The position numbers were made by a program, and so were the translations under genes. Below, piece after piece: positions 25,301 to 39,300 of a stretch of DNA of 64,000 nt (positions within the stretch are counted from its first letter, which is position 1; each line of letters starts with the position of its first letter). Below the pieces are notes generated by a model. It did not search any database. It had not been told where the DNA came from and worked only from the letters and a program-made list of their open reading frames with translations. The DNA lies in assembly GCF_001194135.2 (NCBI RefSeq), contig NC_068993.1:28286165-28350164 (forward strand), in the 5' to 3' direction. This DNA is from Octopus bimaculoides. Lineage: Eukaryota.

Positions 25301-28300
25301 TCTCGTTGAAGCCATGTTATTTGATGTCTACCTCTATGATTAAAAAATAACACAAGTTGGTTGAGCATTTACATTACACTTTGCATGTTCACATTTAGCT
25401 AATTTGATCTTTCCTAATGTCCCATTGAAAGACTCATAAAACTGCCAATAGCAAGAGATGGAAAGAGTCTTTACGCTGATTCTACTTTGTATCTTTGTAA
25501 TCCCGCATGGAGGGCAGATGTTATGGTGAAACCATTTTCAAGATGTTCAAATGTCTTTAGTTGGAGTTTTTTTTTTCCAACTGTGAAAACAAAAGCTCTT
25601 AATGTGCTTGGTTTTCTTCCATATTGAAAGGAAGATGGGATAAATTTATGAATATCAAACAAAAGATTTTAGGGTTTCATTTTTTTGATGTCACCTTAAT
25701 TATCAGGTTTACTAGTCTATTACTGAAAAAGTTTATCAGTTAATTAAAATTTTGGCAATAAATTGGAAAAATTCTGTACTTCTATTTTAAAAGTTTCGAC
25801 TCAAAAACACTTTTTTCTTAAAAAATTATTTCAGGTGGCTGATGTAAATTGCTCAGCCTACTTGAAAATTCATGGGTTTCTACTACCTTTTTGAACTAAA
25901 TTTTGCGATCAGCCAAGATCGTAAATTGATCTTTATTCCAAAAATGAACAATTTCAGTACAGCAAAAACAGTAGCTAACCATGAAAAACTAAGGTCATTT
26001 TCAGAATCAGGACCATCAAATTAACTAAAAAATGTGTTTTGTTTCTTGGCACCAAAAATTATGTTGACCAGTGTTATTAACACATGCACTGATTCAGTTC
26101 CACTCCTTTATTATCAGGTCATCCCATAAGTTCTGTCTGAATTTTGAATAAAGAAAACAAGCGATCAAATGTTATATTTAATTGAAATTTAATCATCAAT
26201 GTACTTTCCCTGATTATCTATGACTTCCTTCCATCTATTTACGAGCTTTTTAATCCCATCAATGTAAAATTCTTTTGGTTTCAAAGCGAAGAACTCTGAA
26301 ATGTCAGTTTCGACCTCCTCCTGGCTTGTGAAAATTATGTCCCCCAAATGATTCTGTAAACTATGAAACAAATGGTAACTTTGTTTCATAAACATTCTAA
26401 AATACTATTAAATTTCATTCAATTTTAAAAAAGGTAAAATCGGACAGAACTTATGGGATGACCTGATATTAGTCAAATGGTTAAATATCCAGCTAACTCG
26501 ATTGATTGTTTAATTTTGTTAAACAATAAGTGATTTGTTTTGTTTGTCAAAGCTCTTTCGTTGCTACTTGCAACTTTGTTGTGTGCGCGTGTGTATGCAT
26601 ACTTCTGCTTCCTTGTGTGTGCATGCTTAAGTGTATCTACGCATGAGTTTGTGTATATGCATGAGTGCCTATATATGTTTTTGTGTGTGTGCATGTCTGT
26701 ACTACCTATATACCTACCTTCCTTCATACATACATACCTTATTTATCTACCTATTAACTTGCCTATCTTCCTACCTATCTAGCTACCTACATAACTGACT
26801 AAGTAACTAACAATCTATATAACTGACCTAACCATGTAAAACCCATCTACTTACCTATCTACCTACCTATTTACCTACTTCACAAATGTACCTATGTGCA
26901 CGTACTGTGTGGATGATATGTGACATTGGTGTATTCCTACCTTCTATGTATATTTCCTATTTAGTATGGGTAATGTTTCATTTACAAGGATGTACTCTTT
27001 TATTTGTCATCAATGGTGTTATGTAAATTGGCACCTGGGACTCATGGTCATTGGCAGTGCCATGTAAATGGCACCTGTGCATCTAGCCACCGTCATTGCC
27101 GGTCCCATGTAAATGGCACCCACCTATGAATCATAATCATGATTGTTGCCAGTGACACATAAAAGCACCCATTACACTCCTGGAGTGGTTGGTGTTATGG
27201 TGTTAGGAAGGACATCCAGCTGTAGAAACCATGTCAAATCGGACTGGAACCTGGTGCAGCTCTCTGGCTCATCAGCTCCAGTCAAACAACCCATGTTGTT
27301 AAATACAGATGTTAAATGATGATGATGATAACCCCATGACTACCAAGGAAACCAAGAGGAGCATGATGGCAAGCATCCAGCATATAGCTAATTCCATCCG
27401 GCAAAGTATCAAGGTAACTATAGATTACCCAACTAGGCACCCTAACAATAGACATTCGATCCTTGATACTGAACTTTGGTTAGAGATAAACAACAGAGTA
27501 CAGCTCCTCCACTATTACATGAAATCCATAGCTTCTAAATATGTTGTTCACAAGAACTCAGCTTTGTCACACGATATGAAAATTAGCATACTAATTTAGA
27601 CTTAGAGTAATGAATAATGTATCCCCCCTATGTGAACCCAGTGAAACAAGGAGACATGTACAGAACTTCATGCACAACATGCAATTATCTGGATATGACC
27701 AGAAAGATAGGATTCGAGTAAGAAATTAGACGACATCATACGTAATGATGCCTGTGTAAAGATTGGAATACACAGAGGATTTGTGACAAAGCAAAGAGAG
27801 TGAACACATGGTACAGGGCTGATAAATATCAAGGAGTGATGTTTGTGGAGGCCACACCTCATGAAGAATTAGCCCGCAGACTTAGGAAAGCTCTGAAGGA
27901 CACCAAACTCAACATTAAGGTCATTGAGAAGCCAAGGAGCTCCATCAGATCACAATTATGTAGGATGTACAGCTTCGAAAATATCACATGCACTAATGAG
28001 AACTGTGTAGTATGAAAGTTTAACTCCAATATTACTTGTAAAACTAAGAATGTAGTCTACAGAATAAGGTGCATGGAAGAAGTTTGTAAGGACAGAAACA
28101 CAGCGGAGCACCAGAGAGAGTATAATGACAAGAAACAGTTGTCCATGCTCTATCAACATGCCAAAGACCAACATGGCAGCACACTGGGCCAAAATGACAT
28201 CCACATTTTGTCCAAACACCCGAAGGCCCTATCACTAAGACAAATACAAGAGTACACCCTCATAAATGAAACATTACTCATACGAAATAAGAAATACACA

Positions 28301-31300
28301 AAGGTAGGGATACCCCCAATGCCACAGATACCACCCACACAGTATACATACATAGGTACACTCATAAGTAGGCAGTCAAGCAGGTAGGCAGATACGTTTT
28401 AGGTGGTTAGATCAGTTATATAGATTGTTAGTTAGTTAGTTAATTACATAGATAGGTAGGTACATAGGTAGTATGGACACACACACATACAGAAGAAAGA
28501 AACACATGACCATACATACAGACATATGCAGGCACACATACATACACAAACTCATATGAATAGACACACTCAGGCACACACGCACAAAGAAGCAGAAGTA
28601 TGCAGATACATAATACATACGAATACACAGAAAAATACATTCAATCACATATACATATGCTAGCACATGTGCACACTTGCACGAAACAAGGTCTCAGGTA
28701 GACAAACACAGCCTCTGAATAAACTAAGTCAAAAGTCACTGAAAAAGTTTCAAATAGCAATGAAAGAGCTTTGACAAATAAAAACAAAACAAATGACTTA
28801 CTGTTTAACCAAAGTAAACAAACAATCAATTAGTTGGATATTTAACCAATTGACTAATAATAAAGGAGTGAAATTGAACCAGTGAGTGTTAATAATATTG
28901 GCATAATGACTCTCCCTAGACACTATAGAAAACATATTAAGATGAAGAGAAAATGATATGAAATATAGGATATGAGGGCTATTCAAGGACATTTAATTAT
29001 CAGTATATTATTCTATTCAAACTAATTAAAAGATTTTATTTCTTTCAGACCTCCTTGACAGATAAAGGCCAATGAAATGAAACAAGAAATGAAAACACAC
29101 GCAGTCATCGGTGCTATGTATGGAATGCAGTAGTTTAGAAATTGCCAACTTTCTGAATGTTGCAAGATCTTTTCCAAACAAAGATCAGATGGAATTGGAA
29201 GCTTCTGGTGAGAATGTTTCAACTGTATCAAAGGGGAATGTTTAAAAAAAAAGCCCATAACATTCAGACACAAAATAAAAACACAACAATTCATCCAATG
29301 GGTTAAAAACATTACTGATGATCATTCCAGAAAATCAATGAGGACAATTGCTGAAGAACTTAAGATGCTACAGTGGACTACCAGAACTCCTGTGCATGAG
29401 AACGTTCTATACAAGTCAAATGTACTAAGAGGCCAATTCATTTTAGCAAAGATAAAGGAAAACTATTTGATCTCTGCTAAGTGGTTATAATCTCAAAAGC
29501 ATGGCATGCTTTGATTCTTCTCCGATCAGAAAAACTTTGATTAACACCAACAGTCTAACAAGAAAAATAACACAGTAATATGCAGATCATTCTAACGTCT
29601 CCAGAGTGATGCACAATGTTTTCAATAACTGTGAATTGTTTTTTAGGAGTGATAATAAAGGTCATACCTCACCACCTCACATCTTTCCACAGGGTCTACA
29701 ACTAACCCTTTTGTCACTATATTGCTAACCAAAATACACCCTTATGTGTTTCAATAAAATTCTAAAATAATCATGAATTTAGTATAACATTTGTTAATTC
29801 AAACTAAGAAGCGGTTAAAAAAAACCCATCGGTTTTGTTTCTGTGGAAAGACTGTGACTAGGTCCAACCTCTTCTGAAAATCATTAAGAGAAGCAGTTTT
29901 CAAAGTTTCATTTCATTCAAGTACAAATTCTTCTTTTTTTAAAATCATTATCAGAGCTGACGAAATGGCTGGTTTCACTTTTAAAAATCAAAATACTAGA
30001 TTCATCACACACCACATGGTTTTTATGTTCACTTTATATTTTGCTGGATTTCTCCATGTCTTCTAAAATCTTTCAAATTCTGATTTGCTACTTGAGAACA
30101 TGAAACTGGTATCTAGTTTTTATCAGTAGTAAAAACTTTCAGAAAATAGATGTAGAAAAAAACCTCCAAAAATTCACAGAACTCAGCATGTCAAATAATG
30201 TCAGACACTATAACTCAGTGAGATCATGTGCTTACATGTACTAACAAGATCCATTCTAAAATTTTCATTTAAATATGAATAGGTTATCTTGAGCAGTTCT
30301 AGGCAGGTTGGTAACAAAAAGCTTATGTTATTAAGCCCTGGATGAGTGATGTACACGGTTGAAGGCTATGCATGTCTCACAAAGCTTACATAATCCATCA
30401 ATGGACAAATGCTTTACATTCATTTAACACCAAACTTGTAGCCTCCAAACTCACCAGATTTAAATTACATGGACTACTATGTGTGGAGCATTGTTGAAAA
30501 AGGCAGACTAATGGACCTCCTTCCAATACCATAGCTTCACTGAAACTCATCATTGTCTAGGTAATGTCCAAAATGAATAAAGAACATTTAGTATATCATC
30601 GTATAATTCAATATCTTTTGTTTGTTAGTTAAGTCTGAATAAATGAGCAATGTCCAATGCTTTTGAGATCAGTAAGATTGAGGTTAATATCCCACATATA
30701 TTCTAGTCACAAGAAATGCAACAATCATTTAATTACAATTATTCAATCCCTTAATTACTGTTATTAAAGAAATCTTCCATTTACCTGGGTGTTTCATCAT
30801 CATCTGCACTTTCAGCAGCATCTGTTTTCTGTGAAAAGATATTTCAATATTCTTTGTCTTATCAAGGATTACAGTTATTGAAGAGAAACAATCACAAGGA
30901 GATATAAATAACATACAAACAACAAGTGAATCATTTCTTAGCAAGGTGCTATGATCAATTATTCACTTACAAATAATAATATCTAGTTTTTGTATGGATG
31001 AGGATAGCTGTGTGAAAAAGTACCACACCCTAGCGGTTGAGGGAACCTGTGGAAGAGGCAGGCCCAGGAAGACCTGGGATGAGGTGGTGAAGCACAACCT
31101 CCGAACATTTGGCCTCACCGAGGCAATGACTTCTGACCGAGACCTTTGGAAATATGCTGTGCATGAGACGACCCGGCAAGACAAGTGAGACCAAAATCCA
31201 AGGCCTCTGCCAGGGATGTAGCCAGCCCACTTATGCATAACATTCCTTCTTTGGACACTAAACTCCGCTTGCAAAGACAGAATCGTTGAGGCAAGTGAAA

Positions 31301-34300
31301 TCAAAATCGAACTAAATTTGTAGATTGGCACCCATGCCAACGTCTCTTCATTGAACACTAAACTCAGCTTGTGAAGACCTGTTGGGGCAAGCGAAAGCGA
31401 AATCGTGATGGTACCTGTACCAGTAGATCACTAAGAGCACCGTCCAAGCGGGATCGTTGCCAGAGCACCAGCTGTCTGGCTTCCGTTCCGGTGGCACGTA
31501 AATAGCACCATTTAAGCATGATCGTTACCAACGTCGCCTTCCTGGCACTTGTGCCAGTGGCACATAAATAGCACCATTTAAGCGTGATCGTTACCAACGT
31601 CGCCTTCCTGGCACGTGAAAAGACATTCAAGCAAGATCGTTGCCACTGCCGCTGGACTGGCTCCTGTGCAGGTGGCACGTAAAATACACAATTTCGAGCA
31701 TGGCCATTGCCAGTACCGCTTGACTGGCCTTTATGCCGGTGGCACGTAATAACACCCACTACACTCTCGGAGTGGTTGGCGTTAGGAAGAGCATCCAGCT
31801 GTAGAAACTCTGCCAAATCAGATTGGAGCCTGGTGTAGCCATCTGGTTCACCAGTCCTCAGTCAAATCGTCCAACCCATGCTAGCATGGAAAGCAGACGT
31901 TAAACTACGTTGATGACACAAACTGAGCTGACACAAGTTTTAGTACATTGGCAGCAATTAGACTTATAACTGAAGTCACAGTTTTTTTTGTATGTGAAGG
32001 TGTGTAAAATAGACTGCCACAGCAACATGTGTTCTTGTTGGTTACTAAAATGTGAAAAATACCATGAAGTCATGAATTTTAAAAAGCAAATTTGAAAATA
32101 CAGGTGAGAGCATTAGGGCTGTCATACATAAATTACAAGTTTTTATGGAGCTGGTGCTGAACTCTAGTTCCTAAAGCATTAAAAGGTTAACGAGACAAAA
32201 AAAAAATGTTATTTCTATCAGTTGAGAATTTAAGTTGAACTATCTAAAACATCAGTTAAAGTAATGTAAAACCAAGTGTTTTCTCCAAACAGCCTAATCA
32301 TTCACTTATCTAAAAAATGAAAATAGCTAAATCATTAAGAGAAACCATGAAGTTTACTTAATTATCACTTAAAAATAGGTAAACATTATTTGAATAAGTG
32401 CTGAGAGAATTCTGTAACAGCATTTTCAACTTACTTTTTCAACTTCAAGATCCCCCTTCAAAGGTTTTTTAGGTCTACCATCAACCGGCTCCACTTTTTC
32501 TTCAGAACCTGAAGCATTATCACCTTCTTCTTCTTCTTCTTCTTCTTCTTGACCACCTTCATCTGCAAGTTTATCAGAATTGTCTTTCTTCTTGTCAGAA
32601 TCATCTTTCATCTCCTCAGAATCACCTTTCACCTTGCCAGAATCATCACTAATTTTGTCATCAGGTGATGGTGCATCGGTTTTCTTCCTCTCTGCAGTTT
32701 CATCCTTGAAGCAATGTGAGAATAAATATTAGAAGCAAACTTCTATATATAAACAGTTAAACATTTAATATCAAAAGCTAGAGATGCCCTGCAAAGTAAA
32801 TAGAAGAGAAGCAAGTGGCAACTTAGTCACACCCACATACATATTCAATTATGTCCTTCATACCCATACACAGGTTTTCTTTTTTCTAATACCTATCAAC
32901 AATATTGAACAGAATTTTCTTCTTTGAGATTATAATGTATATGCATATCAAACATCATTTGTTTTAACTGTTCTAATTTATATTTCTTTCAACTCCATTT
33001 AACATCGAAGAAAGTCTTTAAATGTTTAACTTATTTAAACAACAAAACTGAAACCAACTTAATAAATATGACATAACAGAAGCTGATTTTATAGTCTATT
33101 GAATTGGATTAGTTCAGAAATTCTTTCAGGAAATTAATTCTTTATTTATACATTAGACTATTTTGGGTTATTTTTATTAATAGATAAAAATCATTTAACA
33201 TCAAAATTCATGAAAATGATTGTGTTCATTATTTATAAGGATCCTCAACAAAACATTTACAACTCACAGAATTTATGACAGTACCCTAATAATGTTTACA
33301 TACATCTGATATACATTGAAAATAGTCAATATTAGGGAAGTATTTAGTGCAAAGTTTTGTTATAGCATTTCTCTTTCACACAACACTCGCACATATATGT
33401 ACAATATCATTGCTGGTAAAGAGAAACATGAACAGATTACAATGTGCCAGTGATGTGTACATGAAATGTGCTGGGGGAGGGCAAGATTTGAGGATGTAAA
33501 CTATTTTGAAAACTGGGAAAATTTAGTGTTATAGTTTTTCAATGTAACAACCATATTCAGTCAATAACTCAAGCCAATTTATTTTTTGAGACCATAGCTG
33601 ATTTTAATGTGAAATGTCACATTTTACAACAGAATGCTAAGAAACCAAAATAGATACATAACTATGTGCATATCTAATCTGTTTAGTTAATATCAAATCA
33701 CTATAGAGACAGGATTTAAAAAGAAAAAAAATCATGCAGTGCCCACAAGTATAAAGGCAAGTCTCAGATGTGGACTTAGAAAGGTAAAAATTTTATTCTT
33801 ATTTCAGACAACTTGGATTACTAAGAAGTTTTTATAAGAATAGGATGCTATATCTGCATAAAATGAACTTTAAATAAACATGCAAAATTTTGCCTGAAGT
33901 TGCTGTATGTAACACCATGGCTGAAAAGTTCATAAGCTGACTATGAAGGAGTGATGCTAGAGTTGTGAAATCTTGCATGCATTAATTTCAACTTTCCTTA
34001 TTAGTAACTTCATTGTTTCTTTCTTTCCAGGTAAACTGACATCTGATTGTTCAAAGAACACTTCAAAAGTAACTTGTAGCAACTTCTCTTGAAAATGGAC
34101 AAAAATTGGCATCGTGGTGTTGTCAAGTACCTGCAGAAAAAGGCTTTAACTCCCAAGGATTTTCATGTTGACATGGTTGCTACATTAGGGGATGATACTC
34201 CACCTATATCAACAGTGGAAAAGTGGACAGCAGAATTTAGGAGGGGAATGGAGTCTTGATGATGACTCAACATTTGGACATCCTGCAACTGCCACTATCA

Positions 34301-35594
34301 AGGAAAACATTGATTGTGTTCACCACATACTGATGAATGACAGGTGACTGACTATAAATCAAATAGCCAATGCTATTAGCATATCACGTGAGAGAGTTGA
34401 GAATATTCTGCACAATGAAATTGGAAGGATGAAAGTTTCTGCTTGGTGGGTACCATGGCTTCAGATACTTGATCAAAAGTGACCAAGCTGATCTTGTTAT
34501 GGGAAAATCTGACATTGTTTCAGGCAGAGCCAGATGATTTCCTTAAATGTTTCCCAACCCAGGATGAGAGTTGGGCTCATCACTTTGAGCTAGAGACAAA
34601 GAGACAATCCATAGTGTGGAAATACTCTTCTTCACCTGTTCTAAAGACAGTCAAATTAATTTCATCTGCAGATAGTATGAAGGCCTCAGTCAATAAACAC
34701 AATGCCTTTTGCAGCCCCAAAAATTATCTTCAAAAGGATCATGCCAACTTGCTGAGGCAGTTACAAAAGGTATCAAGACCAAATGCCCAGGAAAACCAAC
34801 AAAAGCTGACTTGTTTCCTCAGGACAATGCTCCAGTACACAAGTTCTTGGTTTCAATGGCTGCTGTACATAATTGTTGCTTAGAACTGGTTGATTTGGCC
34901 TCATCTGACTATCATATCTTCCCAAACATAAGAAAACATTTGGCTGGGAACCAGTATTCCAGCAATGATGATATCATATCTGCTGTTGATGACTTTTTTA
35001 ACCAACAGGATGAAAGTTTCTTTACCAATGGGATCCAAGCACTAATGGAAGAAGTGTGTGGACTGCAAAGGGGACTATATTGAAAAATAAACTTCACTTG
35101 GTCACATTTCATGAGTATTTTGGTCAGCTAATCCTCAAATAACTATCTGATCAGATACATTTTGGCAACCTGAAACTTTGAAGATAAAAGCCATGACAAC
35201 AAGGACTGGTACCATTTCTGTAACTGGCATTATCTCCTTAACTGTACGACTTGACTAGCCAAAAGTTGGTACTACTTCTATATTGCAGATTCCGAATATA
35301 CAAAAAGTTATAACTTTTCTATACACATGTAATTTAAGTACAACTAATAATGTTGTCTGTTGTTTACTGTCTGTTGTGAATTAATGTAACTTGGCCCTGA
35401 AGAGGTGCAAGACTTCATGTTTTTATCTCAGACAAGAGTGAGTCGGGATCTTGCATTGAAATGTGCATAGGTTATTAAACAAGCTTTATTAAGGATTGCG
35501 TTATGGCTCTTAGTTAAATTGATATATATATATATATATATGTATNNNNNNNNNNNNNNNNNNNNNNNNNNNNNNNNNNNNNNNNNNNNNNNNN

Positions 35595-35626
<32 letters not shown>

Positions 35627-35977
35627 AGAATTTAAAAAAAAGCTAAAGACGAAGACAGGTGCTGGAGACAACAAACAGATGTACTAGTATAACGCTTGGG
35701 AAGTGAAAAAGTCTTTCAATGTTTTGAGCCTACGTTCTTCCACAGAAAGAAACTAGTAGAGAAAAAAAAGAATGTGTAGTGGCTAGCGATCTATCATGGT
35801 GATACACATATATATACGTATATACACATACATAACTACATATATGCATACATATATATATACATGCATACATATATATATACATGCATACATACATATA
35901 TACATACATACATATATATATATACATACATATATATATACATACATACATATATATATACATACATACATATATAT

Positions 35978-36008
<31 letters not shown>

Positions 36009-36353
36009 CATACATACATACATACATATACATACACATACATACATACATATACATACANNNNNNNNNNNNNNNNNNNNNNNNNNNNNNNNNNNNNNNN
36101 NNNNNNNNNNNNNNNNNNNNNNNNNNNNNNNNNNNNNNNNNNNNNNNNNNNNNNNNNNNNNNNNNNNNNNNNNNNNNNNNNNNNNNNNNNNNNNNNNNNN
36201 NNNNNNNNNNNNNNNNNNNNNNNNNNNNNNNNNNNNNNNNNNNNNNNNNNNNNNNNNNNNNNNNNNNNNNNNNNNNNNNNNNNNNNNNNNNNNNNNNNNN
36301 NNNNNNNNNNNNNNNNNNNNNNNNNNNNNNNTATATATGTATATACATATATG

Positions 36354-36385
<32 letters not shown>

Positions 36386-39300
36386 CATACATATATATAT
36401 ATATGTATATACATATATGTACATACATATATATACATATATATACATACATATATATATACATACATATATATATACATACATATATATATACATACAT
36501 ATATATATACATACATATATATATATATGTATATATATATAGACATATAAATATATGTATATACATATATATACATACACATACATACATATATATCCAT
36601 ATCTATATAGCTGAGTTTGTGAGTGTGTTGCATCTATAGAAATCCACGCCTTACAAGATAGCAATCTGGGAGTCGCACCGATGGATTCCTCATGGTTGAA
36701 AATGCCCGGAATCGGCTATTTGTCTTTTTTTTTCGTTGCTTCCTAACACGTGAAATTTTGCATTAAAAATAATTTTAAACCATAAATTCTAACAAGTTTC
36801 AAGTCGCCATTATTTGCAAACATGAGTTCAGTCCCCTTCTAGCGACGGTGCAAAGACAGAGAGCAACAGAGATAACAGATATGTTAACTTTAACTTTATT
36901 TCTATTTTAATATAAACCTTTAAATGAGTTGGGTGTTTTTTCTCAAGTATCTAATGAATTATTTGATATAGTGGTGTTGTTTTCATCTACCTACTTTACA
37001 TCATAATAGTTACTTAATTTTTAATTTATATGTATATGTGAGATAGTAACGATTACATCGTAATATTTGTTTACTTTTCACTTTATTGATTAAATCCGTT
37101 CTTTCTTTTGATATTATTTTTAATATTGTATCTGAACCCCATTACTAAGTTAATTTATTATAATTTTTCTTAAACTTTGATAGCTGCAATCTGAATGTAA
37201 CCTAATTTATTTCACTTATTATCTATAGTTTATATTCTCTAATTTATCTTGTATATAATAAACGTGAAGTTGTGGATCTGTGTGAAGTCTTTTTAAAAGT
37301 TTATAGAAATCCACATTTTCCACTTTTTCGTAAATTTTTTTACATCAATGAAATTTTCTCGATGTGGACTTTCCAATGCAGTAATTAGATTTTTTAAAAT
37401 TCCGTTTACTTTGTGATTTAAGGGAGGTTTGGCTGTTATTTCTAGCAACTTTTATATTTCTTCCCTTCTACCTGTAACAGCGTTCTTATACACATATATC
37501 ACGCGCTCAACATAAAATATAGAATAAGAGTGAGAGAGAGAGAGAGAGAGAGAAAGAGAAAGTGATACATACAAAGTCTTCTTTCTTTTTCCTCTCTCCC
37601 ATTTAATAGTTTTCTTGTATCCCTCTACCTCTAACATATTTTTCATAACATAGAAGCGTAAAAACACACACACAACCACACATACGTGATCTGTGACAAC
37701 AACATACACATAAACATTATAGATATAAGATTTCTGCCCAATCTGATAGAATTCTGGCAAAACTGTGTAGCAACAGATCGCCAGCAATTGCTTCATCACA
37801 AATTGCCATCCTAGTTCCTGCTAAAAGGGATTACCCTGCTATGTATAATCAGGGCAGCGCAAAAAGTTGTTTTGCACAAGCATTTCTATAGCCAATTAGA
37901 CGGATGAAATTTACGTATGCTTAATAATGTTACGCAAAACAGCCTTCAGACTTTCCCTATTAATTTCACTGTCTTTTGAATTATGAACATATTTACATCA
38001 TAAGGGTTTATTCGTTGTAAGGCTTCCTTTTTTAGTTGATTTTCACCTAGCAAGACTTATCGTAGATGGCGTAATAAGTCACACCCGGACAACGTCAGGT
38101 TATGCTGCTAGTATATATATAAAGGTTGGCATCAGATCTGCTGTATTGTTTATGCCATTGAATGCATTCTTGTTTACTCCTATCTGTCTCAAACATTATT
38201 CCCTATCTCTATCACTGTGAATGTCATACAACACCTGCATTAATGTCTCCCTATCACTTTCCCCTACCACCCTGCTTGCACCATGATACTTATAATCTTG
38301 CTTCTTTCACCCTCTTGATTTTCATGCTTTTCCTATTCACATTCTTGGTCAATGTTTGCATTGAATTTTAAGTCAAGAGTACTTTTTAGTCTTGCAGGGA
38401 ACAAAGTAACCTCTGTAGTATTAGTATCATAATAAGTATACTCTGAATTGTATAGAAAGGGCATCCAATAACAGAAACTATGCCATAATGGAATATACAA
38501 ACCAAGACAAATTCTTCACACTTATCTAAGGAGGACTGGCTTGATAAGCACTGAAAATAGCATGTACATGGTGTTATATGTCAGCTGGTAATTTAAGTTT
38601 AACCACAAACTCAGCTCAAGATAGAGTTCACTACCAGTTTGTAGTACTTGTATACAATGTGTTATATATCACAACTAGAGCATTAGTAGTCACAAGCTTC
38701 TGACAGGCCAACCACTGCTCACTCTATTTCTGAAAGAATAAGTAGTTAAGGAGTATCTATAAACTTGATGTTGAACAAATATTTGAAAGGGCTTCATTTG
38801 TAAAGCACCAGTTTCTCCAACCAGTATAGAAAGACACACATAATGATAGTTTCTCAGCACTGACAAGATATTAATCAACCTGCAGCTATAGTAGAAGACA
38901 TCTGCCCTAAGTTGCCATGAAGTTGGATCAGTTGCAAAATTCTTAACATTGCAGCCATACCTGTGCACAAAAACAATATAATCACTACATCTAAAAGTGG
39001 GGTACTTAAACTGCAGGTTTTGAATGAACAAATATATCAAAGAGAGGCAAGTGGGAGAAAAAGCAATGTGAAAGCTATACTTGAGCAACTACTGCAACTA
39101 GTATAGAAAATACTGGACAATGCAGCCACAACACATAAACTACCTCTTGATTCCCTCCTTTAGAGATAATGTAGAGAGACAGTAGTATGATAGGAATGAT
39201 AATAATCATTCCATATGTAACAATTAACCAGGGATTGTCTTCAGCAGCAAATGAAAGTTTATTCATCAACATCATGAAATAGCTACTTTCCTGTATACAG

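Noticed and set aside
31501-31614. Direct repeats with spacer resembling a CRISPR array
   Set aside because: Only two units, inside an RTE LINE 3' UTR, in eukaryotic DNA with no cas genes
38200-39100. Search for a third TM exon copy or another gene in the unique sequence downstream of exon B
   Set aside because: No PW-plus-hydrophobic open exon with valid splice sites was found
39075-39143. Second hydrophobic stretch ([22 protein letters not shown]) after exon B
   Set aside because: It lies past a good donor site at 39143, so it is most simply intronic; a retained-intron form is not excluded but has no support
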